Assembly (NCBI RefSeq): GCF_021869535.1
Contig: NW_026262712.1
Coordinates: forward strand, 104,160,001 to 104,224,000
Source: Mytilus californianus
Taxonomy: Eukaryota
Reading direction: 5' to 3'
Length of the DNA: 64,000 nt
The notes beneath the pieces were generated by a model that worked only from the letters and a program-made list of their open reading frames with translations, ran no database searches and was not told the DNA's origin. Numbering within the stretch: the stretch's first letter is position 1; each line of letters starts with the position of its first letter. The translations under genes and the position numbers were made by a program. Positions 11,773 through 24,950 of this stretch are shown here, in pieces.

Positions 11773-13420
11773 CAGCACCTCATAAGGAACATTTATACCA
11801 TGTTTGGTTTCATTCCATTCAGTGATCATCTAGAAGAAGCATTTGTATGTATTTCCCATAGGATCTTATGTTAAACTAAGTCACCTGCTGGCGGCCATCT
11901 TGGATGATGGTTCGGCTACAAAGTAACAACCTTTGGTCAGCACCTCAAAAGAAACATTCATACCATGTTTGGTTTCAAATTATTAAGCGGTTTTCTAGAA
12001 GAAGACATTTGTATATATTTCCCGTAGGGTCCTTTGTTAAACTAAGTCCACCATTGGCACTCATCTTGGTTGATGGATTTTCTACAAAACAATAACGCTT
12101 GGTCATCACCTCATAAGGAACATTCATGCCTTGTTTGGTTTCATTCCATTCAGTGGTTCTTCAAAAGAAGACTTTTGTCTGTATTTCACATAGGGTCTTT
12201 TGTTAAACTAAGTTCTCCGCTGGCAGCCATCTTAGATGATTGATTTGCTACAAAGTAACAATACTTGGTCAACACCTCATAAGGAACATTCATGTTATGT
12301 TTGGTTTCATTCCATTCAGGGGTTCTCTAAAAGAAGACATTTGTATGTATTGTCCATAAGGTCCTTTGTTAAACCAAGTTCTCCGCTGGCAGCAATCTTG
12401 GATGATTGGTTGGGTACAAAGTAACAACAATTGGCCAGCACCTCATATGGAACATTCATGCCATGCTTGGTTTCTTTCCATTCAGTGGTTCTCTAAAAGA
12501 AGACATTTGTATGTATTGTCCATAGGGTGTTATGTTAAACGAAGTCCCCCGTTGGCGGCCATCTTGGATAATGGATCGGCTTCAAAGTAACAACACCTGG
12601 TCAGCACCTCATAAGGGACATTCATGCCATGTTTTATTTCATTCCATTCAGTGGTTCTCTAAAAGAAGACATTTGTATGTATTTCTCTTAGCGTCCTAGG
12701 TTAAACTAAGCTCCCCTCTTGTGGCAATCTAGGATGATGGATCGGCTTCAAAGTAACGACACTTGGTCAGCACCTCATAAAGAACACTCATACCATGTTT
12801 GATTTTATTCCAATCAGTGGTTCTTTAAAAGAAGACATTTGTATGTATTGTCCATAAGGTCCTACATAGATATAAGAAGATGTGGTACATGTATGAGTGC
12901 CAATGAGACAACTCTCCATCCAAGTCAAAATTTATAAAAGTAAACCAATATAGGTCAAAGTACGGTCTTCAACACGGAGCCTTGGCTCACACCGAACAGC
13001 AAGCTATAAAGGGCCCCAAAAATTACTAGTGTAAAACCATTCAAACGGGAAAACCAACGGTCTAATCTTTATAAGAAACGAGAAACAAGCAACACTTATG
13101 AACCACATCAACATGTATATTAAACGAAATCCACCGCTGGCGGCCATCTAGGATGATGGATCGGCTTCAAAGTAATAACACTTGGTCACCACCTCATAAA
13201 GAACATTCATGCAATGTTAAGTTTCATTCCATTCAGTGGTTCTCTAAAAGAGGACATTTGTATGTATTGTCCATAGGGTCCTATGTTAAACGAAGTCCCC
13301 CACTGGCGGCCATTTTGGATGATGGATCAGCTACAAAATAACAAAACTTGGTCAGCACCTCATAAGGAACATTCATGCCATGTTTGGTTTCATTCCATTC
13401 AGTGGTTCTCTAGAAGAAGT
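11773..13420. repeat. ~166-bp tandem core repeat of the HINE, about 10 copies
   Basis: CAGCACCTCATAAGGAACATTC-type anchors at about 11773, 11938, 12103, 12270, 12436, 12602, 12768, 13187 and 13353. The 419-bp gap equals 166 plus a 253-bp insertion. Confidence 0.95.
12865..13115 (-). mobile_element. 251-bp PLE 3'-tail (family B2) inserted in a core monomer, TA duplicated
   Basis: Reverse complement of 42040-42275. It interrupts the monomer motif CCTATGTTAAAC, with TA at 12863-64 and 13116-17. Confidence 0.85.
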
Positions 13421-13659
13421 TCAAAATGTAAAAAGTTAACGACAACGACGGACGACGGACGACGGACGACGAAGACGGACGCCAAGTAATGAGAAAAGCT
13501 CACTTGGCTCTTCGGGCCAGGTGAGCTAAAAAGGCATTTAGAAACAAAAGGTGCTTTTACAAAACCGATGGTTTGGCGATGTGTTGAGGCTAAACAAGAG
13601 TCAACTACTAACCCGGTATTCCGTGATGCCTAATCACTTGATATAACTTATCAATGTAT

Positions 13660-13885
13660 TTTATAGGGTGTCACATGTGGAGCAGGTTCTGCTTACCATT
13701 CCGGAGCACCTGATATCACCCCGGTGTTTTTTGGAGCTCATGTTGCTCAGTCTTTTATTTTCTATATTGTGTATTTTGGATTGTTGTTTGTTGCAAGTCG
13801 TATTTCGATTTTTGCCATGTTATTGTCAGTTCCTTTTTAACTTATTAGTTTGAATATCCCTTGGTAACTATCGCCTCTCATTTAC
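13660..13885 (+). repeat. dispersed repeat, tail family C (CACATGTGGAGCAGG..CCGGAGCACCTGA module)
   Basis: Homologous to 35070-35395 (+), 59628-59850 (-) and 63606-63690 (+); its terminal part matches 1-95. Confidence 0.85.
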
Positions 13886-14439
13886 GTGTAACTGTTGAAC
13901 AAAAAGTTGTTATGAAAAGGTTATTTTTTGTTCTAATAAACAAAGAACAAGCGTTAAAAGTTATAAGCATTAGACACATTCCTACTAGAGTCTTTGTTTT
14001 AAAAAGTGACATAAGCATCACGCCGGACATATGGAACAAATTCAGTTCTTAAACACATGTTAAAAATATTAAGATAGTAGTATACGCAAACGATTTACTT
14101 GAATACCATCAGAAGCCCTCGATTTTAACATGTTTTTTTTCGGCGAGAATCCGATGTTTTATTTCAGCCACCCTTAGAAAAATCAAATGTCATATCAGGC
14201 AAATCAAACGAGAGTTCCAGTGGTTCTTCTTTTGTAAGGACAAATACAGAAAAAAGTTTTACACTTCGGTTTTTTCTTGTCAATTGTAAGTTTAACACCA
14301 TCATGTTTGAACAGCGCAATTGAAGCCGACGTCTAAGAAAAATGTCTTATATAATTCTAAAAAAAAAAAAACGTTTCGGATTCTCTTTTGATTGACTGAT
14401 TTATCCTCAAAATCAGAATTAGCTATTATCAGAACATTG

Positions 14440-15330
14440 TTCGTACTCAACCTTTCCTGTTTATGAAGTACTTTATCCGTAAGTAGTCCAGAATATTTTA
14501 GCCTAGTTAATTTTTTCCAACGATTTCTCCTGGCTTTAGTAACGGCTTGATATCTAGACCAAGGTTTACTATGACGGTTAACCTTGTTTAATGGTTTTAA
14601 AAGGTATAAATTTACCAACAAGTCTATTGTAAGTATCGTTTTTTTTCAACAAGACTCGACATACTTTATCTCAAATAGTTCTTCCACTGATTCTGTTGTA
14701 ATTCATCCTTTAAGTAATCATGACCCCTTCAGAATACAAATCAACTTTTCCAGATAGTGTATCGTGACTAACCGCAGGAAAACGCAAAGACATGTTAACG
14801 GACTGACAATGTATGATCACTACAACCAAAGTGTTTCCACGTATTGGTTGATATCTATTTGAGAAAGCACATTGTCTTCAATGGTGTTTAAAAAATTCTC
14901 TGAAGCTTGAATTAATTTTATGCCAATTAATTTGTATAAAGTTAAAGTCCATCGAGATAAAGTTACTAGTATCTATGTTATAAACATAGTCACACATTGT
15001 CTAAACTATAATATTGTCATCTACCTCAGGACTATTGCATGAACCAATTACAATATTGATATCAGGATAAGGATTAAGGTTAACACAGCACATTTCTGTG
15101 GCAATCAGGCATAAACCTAATTTGCTGTGTACTAAATAGCTGTGGTTCCGAAGCTATGTACTGCACAGCTCGTCTCATATTCACATCTCCAATACAAATG
15201 ATTGCACTGAATACACAATAATATATTTGCCACAGGTGATGGTAATGTTATCCTCAATTCATCAAAACGATCATTCACATCAATGACAAATATAGATTGT
15301 TGTGGAAGCATGACCTGCAACAATTTAATT
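14440..15330 (-). pseudogene. highly degraded LINE ORF2, apurinic endonuclease region and linker
   Basis: Minus-strand fragments EMCCVNLNPYPDINIVIGS, SENFLNTIEDNVLSQ, QPIRGNTLVVV and KFIPFKTIKQ..KPW resemble the CR1/L2-group EN motifs (FL..I.DN.L.Q.V..PTRG.N.LDL). Many stops and frameshifts. Confidence 0.65.
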
Positions 15331-18300
15331 ATGAAAATATTTTATACCAAGGTTCGTTCATTTATAAAGTTATAAGTTATCACAATTAGGAATTGTCCTT
15401 TCTTTTTGGCTGATTATTCGTGATAAATGTTTTAAGAAAACTGTTGTTCAATCATTGTGTTTGACATTTTCTAAGACTTATATCATTTTCTCATCACTTA
15501 TAGTTAGAAAAATAATTAAATGCCTGTTTTATTTGTTCATCATTGAAATTTTGAAATTGTTACTTTACCAATAATACCAACCCTTGTAGTCCAAGACTGG
15601 CGTATGAGAACTACTCCAAAGTCCGTGGAGGTAGGTCGAGTGCTGGACAGTATTATTTCGTATCAGCAGAATATAATGTAAAGTTATATCTTAGAAATTT
15701 CACGAATGTAGTTTGACAAACAAATCGTTTAAGCAATAATTGAATAAAGATTGATGACATGCAGTTAAATCGCAGTACTTACAAATAAAATGGAACGTAT
15801 TCAAAACTTTATATTTTGGCAAATGATAATAGAATTTATGTGGATTTTTTCCAAACGCGCCAATATAACTCCTAACATATAAAACATTAAAAACTAACTC
15901 TGCCGTTTTGTTAACAGTATGACACTCATTTTCTGTTGTTGCTTCAAGGACCTATTTTTACCGAGGGAGAGTTTAATTATAGCTAAAATAAATGATGTTG
16001 ACATGATGAGATAATTATAGTAATTGTACACGAGTTGTGCCAGGAAGTAACCAGTAAACTGAATGATATCTTCTTGCAGACAAATTTATTAGTATAATGT
16101 CCATGCGTTTTTTTTTTTTATTTATGGTTTTTTTTTTTTTGGAGGTTGGGGCGGAGGTTGCTGGGATGTGTGGTTTTGTGTCATTTTGTTTTAATCACCC
16201 TTCTGGCAAAATTGCACTCTTGTTCATCCTTAACTTATACTAACTAAGTTTATGTGAATTTGACAATAACACATTATTTAAGAAATATAGGATCTGTAAA
16301 AATCTTCATATATATTGTTCATTGTTCATATCTGGCCTGTATTTTCCTTTTTCCTCCATCCAAAAAGAATGCATGGACACTTATTTATGGTTTCAAAGAA
16401 ATTTATTGAACATATATTAACTCACTTCTATTTGAGTATTCTATAAATCATAAATGTTTTGAAATTTAATTAAACCATATTTTTTTACAACAAAAAATAC
16501 CACAAACATAATCCGTAAAAACGAAATCATACAAGCTGCTTTACACAGGTCGGGACTAATCACCCGTTTCGGATAATAATAACCTCCCCCCCCCCTAATC
16601 GTGACAGAAATTTAGTGTGCAAAAAAGACTTTTTTGATGCAAATTATTACATAAAAGTGTACAATCTTTTTGTTAGTAATTTTACTGAATACCTGGTTGT
16701 TTCTGAGTTTCATCCGTTGGAAAATGATGTTTTTCACAGGTACCATTCTAGCCACTTCAAATTTTTTATTTGTTTGCACTGTAATTTATATAACATGTAG
16801 GCTATAATATCATAAATGGAATATTACAACCCATTTGGGCGATTGGTCCCAACCTGTTTTAAAAAAAACACAAATTACTTCATTAAAAGCGACAATATGT
16901 GTAAAATGTACATAAATTTGCATTTTAAAGTTATTCATAACGATTTCAGGTTGTAGAGGGTTAAACTTTATCACCATCCCAAAAGCGCATCTGCAAAATG
17001 ATTTGAGAAAAAAATACTTTTCGGCAGAAAAAAACTATTGACAAAACTAAAATACCTTGAGAAAGGAGTTCCATTACAAATTTATTGAGGTACTTGTTGT
17101 GTGGGAGGATATCGTTGTTATTAAATCAACTTTCTATGATAACCGATTCCGTGGAGAATCCTTTCAAATGTAGTTGCACCGAATAATCCACATAGTAGTC
17201 AGTGCTCATGAAAACCCAACTGATACAATGTTTGTACGCGACGAGTGCATCGGCAAAATTATATTTTAATGTTTTAATGGATTATTCCTTGTTTACTTGT
17301 TAATTATCCAATTAACCATCCTTCATCAAAATTCAGTTATGTCCTTGATACACAAAGCAGTGAAGGTTACCTTCAGTAGGATGGGCGTTTCCTTTAATGA
17401 ATTCGAAGAAAGAGAAAATATCAAGAGGGAAATCGAAAATCGTTAGTCCAACAAAATACAGACAACATCGAGAGCAAATAAAAGACAAACAACAAAAATC
17501 AACCATTACAAATAAATTTAGATATTTAGCAACATGCACATACCCCACCCACAACCGAGGTTGAAGTCATGTGTCGAAGTTTTATGTACATGCTAATAAG
17601 ATTCAAGGGAATATATAATCCTGATTTATCAATGTCTACACCTGCTATTCATTTACCTTGTAGACTCTTCCAAAGTCCAAAAACCAAATTTTGATAAGGG
17701 ATAATTTATATACAATATACCTCACCCCGGAAAAAACCCCACGAAAAACACAAAAAAAAAAACAAATAAAAAAACCTCGAAAAACGTGATCTTATTTTTG
17801 GATTTAAAATATTGGCAAATAATGTTTCTGTAATTTTACTATGGTTTAGATCAGATAATGCTATATCTCGAAAAATACGACTATTCTAATTTAATTGACA
17901 TTAAAGTGTTCCTGAAAACATTTAGTACAGCATGTATTACATTAGAAGAAAAAGGCAGTCGTTTCTAGTCATCATCGGAAAGCTTAATTTCTCATACAGA
18001 CTGATTATTACCATGAAAACAAACAACTACTCACCACAGAATATAGTCTCGCCTGTCCAAGATCTAAACGAATTTAAATTTGGTAGGTTATATATGAGTA
18101 ATAAAAACTCAATTCAGTATCCAAAAAGTGACAGAATGTATCATTTTGATCATGAAATTTCCCAAATAGTAACTATTGATTGACATATACACTCTCGGCT
18201 ACGAGCAACGGTAAAAAATCTTGTACCTCTGTCTAACTGCAATTATATTTATGACTCATCATTTTAAATTTATTTTATTTTTAATCTGATGGTTTCGATT

Positions 18301-20521
18301 TTTCGAAGAGTTATTAAAAATCGTCTAGAATAATCTACATGTATACTTCGCGTTAACGTCATGTCTTGATTGTTTCTTGTCCAAAAGGAGGATACATTGG
18401 ATCGTTTTTCATAGTGTCTATTAGATCCTTTTCGTATACAGATAGATTTCTAGACACAGCGTTCTACCTACAGTATATGAACACTAAATATAGTAATCCC
18501 AAGTGTTGACCAGTACTAGTATATAGCAATTTGATCACCTGGACTTCGCCAATCCGCCAGTCAAACCTATGCATATCACAAAGAAGCGTCCATTTACAGT
18601 ACGGGATGCATACATACGCAGCCACAGGCTTCATCCCAGTCCATCTACCTTTTGACTTTTCAATATGCATTTATCAATTCAATTAAATTCATAATTTTAA
18701 ATCACTCACTTTAAGACTATTGTTTAGCTACTATCAAGTTGGACCTATAGCCACAAGGGTTAAACTAAACTTTTTGTGATATAATATCCTAATTGGATTT
18801 AAATGTACAGTTACCAACTGATCCCTCTAAAATTCTTTGTTCCCAAGGGACCAATCTCACAAACAATCAGCTATCCTTAAAGTTTCTAACCAAAAGGCAT
18901 TTGTACCTTGCCATACATATATTGATATTAATGGTGACTTTTTTCTCAGTAATTAATATATTTCCCATTTATCCAGTTTGGGTTGGTGATCCCAACCTCC
19001 TTAATCGAGAAAAAGAAACCAGCAATCAAGTAAAATGGAATTGCTGTTGCTCACTTAATAAAACAGTGATGAAACCAAACCAAATATTTTCGAATTAAAT
19101 ATTATGTCTATGTATTGAAGATTGTTTAATAATAGATTGATTGATTAGAAGACAGATATATAAGTAAAGATATACCACTGAATGCATGATATGTCACAAT
19201 GCATAAATAACAAAAATATGAAGACAACTGGTCTTGTTAGCCCGTTTTTTCAATCTATGTTTTATCTTTCGTTACTTTTGCTACACAATTATGGCTCAGC
19301 ATGGTAGATGTAACATTATGTCAAATCTGGTTGATCGAGTAATCAATCTTACTAACTATCAGACAAGGCCTTGAACTTTTTTTCTCTTCATAAAAAGCTT
19401 TGATGTTACTTGATGCTTTCTTCTCTATGTATTTGATATATAACTATGTCATTGAACTGCCAGAAATATTTGATTAATGTATATTCAGTGTCATTTGTTA
19501 CAATATTGCCACTGTGAAGATTTTTTCAATTAAAAATGCAATATTTGTTTACAGAAATCTAGGATGAATTTTATCTCCTATCTTCAATGTGAGTTTGGCT
19601 GGAGAAAAAATCCAATCAAATGGTGAAAAGATGCAGAGCATATATTTCCCCTGAAAATATCGCCAGCAGGGTCAATTGTAAAACTGCCATTACATCTATG
19701 TTAAAATTGACTAAAACTTCACTGATGTCCTTTGAGGTTTTGACAGCGTTATTTTAATTATTATGTTGTTAATGCTAAAAGCAGATTACTAAAAGTTACA
19801 ATTTTTATAGACAAAAATGAATAGTAATGATATCGCTACATTGTAATCAAAATCAAAACGAAGCTTTGAAAAGAAAAACTATAAAATCTTTCAAATGTAA
19901 ATCTATGTTTCTGTTCCTTGTGCTCTACTATTTTTACATAAAAGCTGTAAAATTCGGACATTTTCAACAGCAACTTATCGGACTGAATGATATTGGATAT
20001 CTGTAAAAAAAATCGTAAATTTTTGAAAGGATCCAAATATTGAATTCCACTAACTTGGAATTTATGAACATCCCGATATTGATTCTTCAACAGAAATACA
20101 GATGGAAATGGCTGTACATCTCTCCGTGTAAATCTGCTTATTCCAATCGGGTATAATATGTTGATATCCATACAGTGTTTATCTGTGGGCCACACATATT
20201 TAGTTTATTGTATTATAACCTTCCTAATTCATGTTTTTTCAATAAAAAAATGAATTTACACCTACAACATAACTATGTTATTCAAGATGTTATATTGGTG
20301 TGAGTCAAGTAAACTACATTTGTTTTGTAGGATAGTCATTTATTGTTTATGGTAGATACTACTAATCGCCATGGATATAAAAAATATATTTTTGTATGTG
20401 TTTCTATATTAAATAGTTGTTTATAGAAACAATTAACAAGACTTGTAGTAAATAGATAACACAGACACGAAAATAGAATAGATGCTGTATACGTCCGAAT
20501 ATAACGACCACTAATATAATA

Positions 20522-20720
20522 GAGGGGCCTGATTGGAGGGGGGGGGGGGGGTCTCATCACGATTCACGAGTTGATTTTTTTGTCAATCACGATTCACAGA
20601 AAATAAATTTCCATGATCACGGATCAAAATATAAAAAAAAAAAAAAATCTGTAGAAAAACGGATCACGATAGCGAAAATTAGCCGATCATGAAGAACGAA
20701 AATAACCCATCAGGCCCCTC
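20522..20720. mobile_element. 199-bp MITE, 12-bp TIR, 6-bp TSD
   Basis: TIRs GAGGGGCCTGAT and ATCAGGCCCCTC. ATAATA lies directly on both sides (20516-21, 20721-26). Internal TCACGAT repeats and a G-run. Confidence 0.85.
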
Positions 20721-21685
20721 ATAATAGTTAACCATTGATAATGAATAATTAGGAACACCATGTCTCTCTTAGGAAGGTGCACTGTTGTTTTTTTACATTT
20801 TTTTTCTTTCTTTCGTATTTTTGGTATTTAATCTATTTGCTGCATCGTTTTGTGTAATAGTTTAAGAAAAGTGGCCTCGAATCAAATCAGTCTACATCAT
20901 AAACATTTTACCTGCTATCAAACTGATTACGATAACAAGCATTTTTATTACAAAATGATAACTTGTAAAATGGTTATAAAATCTTCTCTATGTTCCCTTC
21001 ATGAATACCATCTCTTGAACATCGAAACCTTCGATATAACTTGTTTATTTGTAATTATGTCTATTTTTACCGTAGACAAGCATGTTTATAGAAACAATTA
21101 ACACTACAGGAGATATGATTTGTCAATGAAAAGATTCTATAGAAATTAGCAGCATAAATAGAACTTCCATTCAAAAACAAATAATAAACATTATATTATG
21201 TATTTATGTAAACCTCTATATCGTGAGAAAGTAATATAATACTTTAATGCCACAAGCTTTCCTATGGTGTTGTTTTGCAACAAAATGCGATGCTTTGACA
21301 TAAACACTAACAATAACATAATTGTACGTTTTGTTCATGGAAATCCAATTCTTCTGTACAAAGTCAACATTTTTTTCAGTATAATTTATATTTTTCAGCT
21401 TGACAACAATCTGTACATGTACATGTATATCAGGGATGAAACTGTGATTACACATTGACGATTGAACTAAGGGCCTTTTTTCAGTTGTAAATAGACAATG
21501 CCCGTTATCGCGATTGTAAATAATAGTTTGGACCACAAATATGACGATAAATTACAATTCATTATGATAACATTCATACTTAACATGACATGCGCAGTTT
21601 ACTCTTCAGCTTCATCCATATTTTTTTTTAATATTGGGTTTACATTAGAAATATGTATAATATCAATTAAACTTTTGATTTATTT

Positions 21686-21900
21686 TTTAACGTCCAGTGG
21701 CAAATATCGGAGGCATTTTGAGGATGAGAACACACATTAAATAATACATAAAAAAGTAGATACTTCAAATTGGACCGACTGTGCGGGATTAAGGGCGGGA
21801 ATATGGACTGCAACTTGAAAAGATAGAAAAGACAGACATATAACCTTGCAAGAAAAGACTTACAGACTCCTCATATAAAGCTGTTGCAAAGGTTCCTTAT
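21686..21900 (-). mobile_element. degraded SINE-like repeat, same family as 44120-44340
   Basis: Shares TTAACGTCCAGTGGCAAATAT..GGA(C/T)GAGAACA and CCTTGCAA with 44155-44325. Confidence 0.6.
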
Positions 21901-22429
21901 GGTCAAAAGACATGCTGACAAATTAATTCATGGAAAACACTTCAGAAATGTGGTCATGGGGGCATACATGGCCTTCGTAAGTTTTTTTTGGTCTCATTTA
22001 CCCAATATATCCTTTTATTCATATGCGTATTCATTATTTATATATTCTCGGTCGGTTTAATAGAGAATATTATTTGTAGATGCGTATTTGAACAGAAAAT
22101 CAGGTAGACAAAAATCATGAAAAGCTTAAAGCCTACATGTTATTTGATAATGCACAGACCAAGAAATCGACAGATACAATTTATTTTAGTAAAATATCGA
22201 AGCTTAACGACGCAGTTATTGCGTTAATTGCCACAGACAAATATTGAATTTATCATTGAGCATATTTAGAAAACAACAAACTTGACTGAAACATAAAAGA
22301 TAACAGGAATAACAGTACAACATGCCACACCAACCACCAACACACAACTACTCCCCCCCCCCTTAAAAAAAACAGAAAAAAAAGATGAACATGCAAACAA
22401 GAAAAAACAACGACGCAACACATGTTCCA

Positions 22430-22600
22430 GATAGTCTTACTTGGTACAAGCTCCAAATGTGGTATTGTTAAACCAGTTTTCCTTGCGCTCATCCTACCCT
22501 TTTGCCTAGCTATCTGGACCAAATGTCGTAAAAATAAAATACAGTGTACAAGTTAAAAACTTGCACAGTGCATCTACCAACAGAATGACAAGTAACATAA
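22430..22600 (-). pseudogene. possible Bel/Pao RNase H relic
   Basis: VQIARQKGRMSARKTGLTIPHLEL resembles the Pao motif KSRVAP....TIPRLEL. An upstream VDALCK..CTLY in another frame resembles F.DAS.KAY..C.Y. Confidence 0.4.
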
Positions 22601-23949
22601 ACAAGGGAATGAACGACGGTATATAGTTACAAAAGAAAGCTCAAAGTGCTCGATCGTACATGAAGTCAATGATGTTGGTATAAACCTGAAAGTGCATCAA
22701 TAATGGCATTTTAGTGCAGGACAGTCGAAACTAACATTGCATATTAACTGCTTTATTGTAGCAGATGTGTTGTTTACAAAACAAATATAATACTGACAGG
22801 TGGGTTATGTATTTTTAATGAATTTGTTCTCATCAACGTTTCAAGTTTCTACTTTAATGCTGCAGTATCAAGATTGTACGCTATCAAATTGTGCACGATG
22901 GCCAATCCATCATAGGCATGTATAACAAAGGAGTTTACCTTGAAAGATACAGATTTCTGTCAGCTTATGCTGTAAAACTGTAAAATGCGATAAACAGTTT
23001 GTGTATTTTTTTTTTAATTAAAAATCATCGATCAAAATCAGGTAAAGTACAAGTTTAAATATGACTCATTTTGTTAACATAGGGACTAACAATATCATTG
23101 TTTTTTTATTTCAAAACCCTGTTTACTTACATTTATCGTATATAACGTTTATAACCTGTTCCAAATCTGCTATGTTTGTTTTATTCTAAAGATTTGTAAA
23201 GGGTTCCGCGGAACCTTGTATTTCGCCGGAGATTGCTGCTGTCAGTATAATGTTGATCACTAAAAAAAGTCCATTTATCAATAAAATACAGAATGTTCTT
23301 TTTTTAAATCGATTTTTTTTTCAGATGCTATTTCTTGATCTTGAAGAAGCTTATTTCCAAGTTTTAAAACATTCAATGAATGTTGAACACAGTGCACATT
23401 TATTGATGTCTTAAATGTAAAAACTTGATCATAGACTGTATATAAATGTTAATTGTATTAAAAAATAAAGTCCAGTTATGAGTAAAATATGTAAAAAAGA
23501 AAAATGTATTTCCAAAACTAAGATTCGGAATTATCTCTTAATCATAAAAAGGCTTAAACCAAAGTTTCATAAAATATTAAAAAATTATTGATTTCTAAAA
23601 AAAACATTTTACCACAGACTGTATCTACACGTAAACTTATACTACACAGAAAAAGAAAAAAAAAGTCATGTTTTCTGTTAGAAACAGGAAAATAAAAGAC
23701 AGTATTTTTTTTCAAAATTTTACTATGGATACTGCCTTTTGATCATAAAAAAAGCATCTGAACATGTTTAAATCGGCATCTTCCGGTGTAAGGTAATGAT
23801 ATCAACACAATGCCATGGAATAATCATCGCACTGTACTAAAGGTGTATGTTATAAATGTACTCAACATATTAGAGACTATTTCAAAGAAAATAAATGTAA
23901 CAAAACAATGTCTGATTTCCTAATCAACTGAATGTAGACGAACCGATTC

Positions 23950-23952
<3 letters not shown>

Positions 23953-23987
<35 letters not shown>
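23953..23987. repeat. (TA)n microsatellite
   Basis: Perfect TA run. The mirror position in the other arm (25083-25120) is a mixed TA/TG run. Confidence 0.95.
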
Positions 23988-23989
<2 letters not shown>

Positions 23990-24514
23990 AAAATTAATAT
24001 AAGATAATGACGGTTTCAATTCATCACTTTTACTAGCGATTTCACTGCTTTCACAGATCTTCAGGTAATGTGACTTGTATACATAAATGTTATAAAACAA
24101 TTGATTGACGTTAACAATAGTATGACGTTAACAAATACAAGGGAGACTACTAATGTCATTTTAAAATTGGAGTAAATTCTTTAAAATGTTTCGTAAAAAT
24201 TAAAATATTATTTATCGTTTAATCCCGGGTTGAGAATGTTTATGAATAATTCTTCTTTCTTCTTCCGGAGAAAATCATTTTGACGATTGACCATATACAA
24301 CGGAAATATTTTAAATCGTCCATTAGAACAACGATGGAAATGGTCGTTAGCCCTGATGATTGTTAAATCTTCATGGTTGGTTTGCTGTCTATGTACAGTC
24401 ATTCTAGTCCGCAGTTCTGTTTTTACTCCAATTTTAAAATGACATTAGTAGTCTCCCTTGTATTTGTTAACGTCATACTATTGTTAACGTCAATCAATTG
24501 TTTTATAACATTTA

Positions 24515-24950
24515 TTTCTCTAATTCTTCGTCAATTTATCCCTTTCTGCACCCATTGTATAAAAAAAATTTAATCAACGTGTGGTTCGTTTGATCTCAGT
24601 TCTTCATTGGCTAAAATCCGATTATGACGTCGAATTTTCTTGCTTTCCTCTGAATTTCCTATTGTGACGGCATGAAAAAAGGCGACCATGCCTGATGACG
24701 TCACATAGAAAGAACACATCTTTTTGCAGATCATTCAAAAAGAAGGAATAAGTTTGCCTGCATATTGTTTGAAAATCATTAGAGAAACAGATTCCACCAC
24801 CAAATCTCGTGTAATACGATATTTATCCACTCTCGACAGTTAAATTTTAAATATTTAAAACGCTCGGCGAGCCTCGCGTTTTAAATTTGAAAATTTAACT
24901 GTCTCGAGTGGATAAATATCGTATCACACTCGATGCAGTGGTAGAATCTA
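24515..24950 (-). mobile_element. 436-bp non-autonomous element with a long subterminal hairpin, TA-flanked (copy 1)
   Basis: Interrupts the right foldback arm at a TA that is duplicated. Has the palindrome GATATTTATCCACTC..TTAAAACGC-n-GCGTTTTAA..GAGTGGATAAATATC (24819-24920) and asymmetric ends TAGATTC/AGAGAAA. Confidence 0.85.

Larger units (their letters stand above)
9851..13532 (-). mobile_element. non-autonomous Helentron-associated (HINE/pearl/DINE-1-like) element with tandem core repeats and nested insertions
   Basis: Subterminal inverted repeats GCTCACCTG (9878) and CAGGTGAGCT (13518). Hairpin AGGCT-n6-AGCCT at 9857-9872 and hairpin AGCTCACTTGGC..GCCAGGTGAGCT at 13497-13527. ACG/GACG microsatellite at 13437-13480, A/T-rich termini and an internal tandem array. 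Confidence 0.85.

Noticed and set aside
11904-13489. Several similar 62-74 aa ORFs
   Set aside because: These are translations of the 166-bp tandem monomer, with frames shifting between units.
23310-23415. Acceptor TTTTTTTCAG followed by MLFLDLEEAYFQVLKHSMNVEH..*
   Set aside because: Only about 30 codons, with no upstream exon or recognisable homology.
24040-24070. 8-nt microexon-like pattern CTTTCACAG|ATCTTCAG|GTAATG
   Set aside because: It lies inside a foldback arm and is mirrored in the other arm. There are no partner exons, so it is likely chance.
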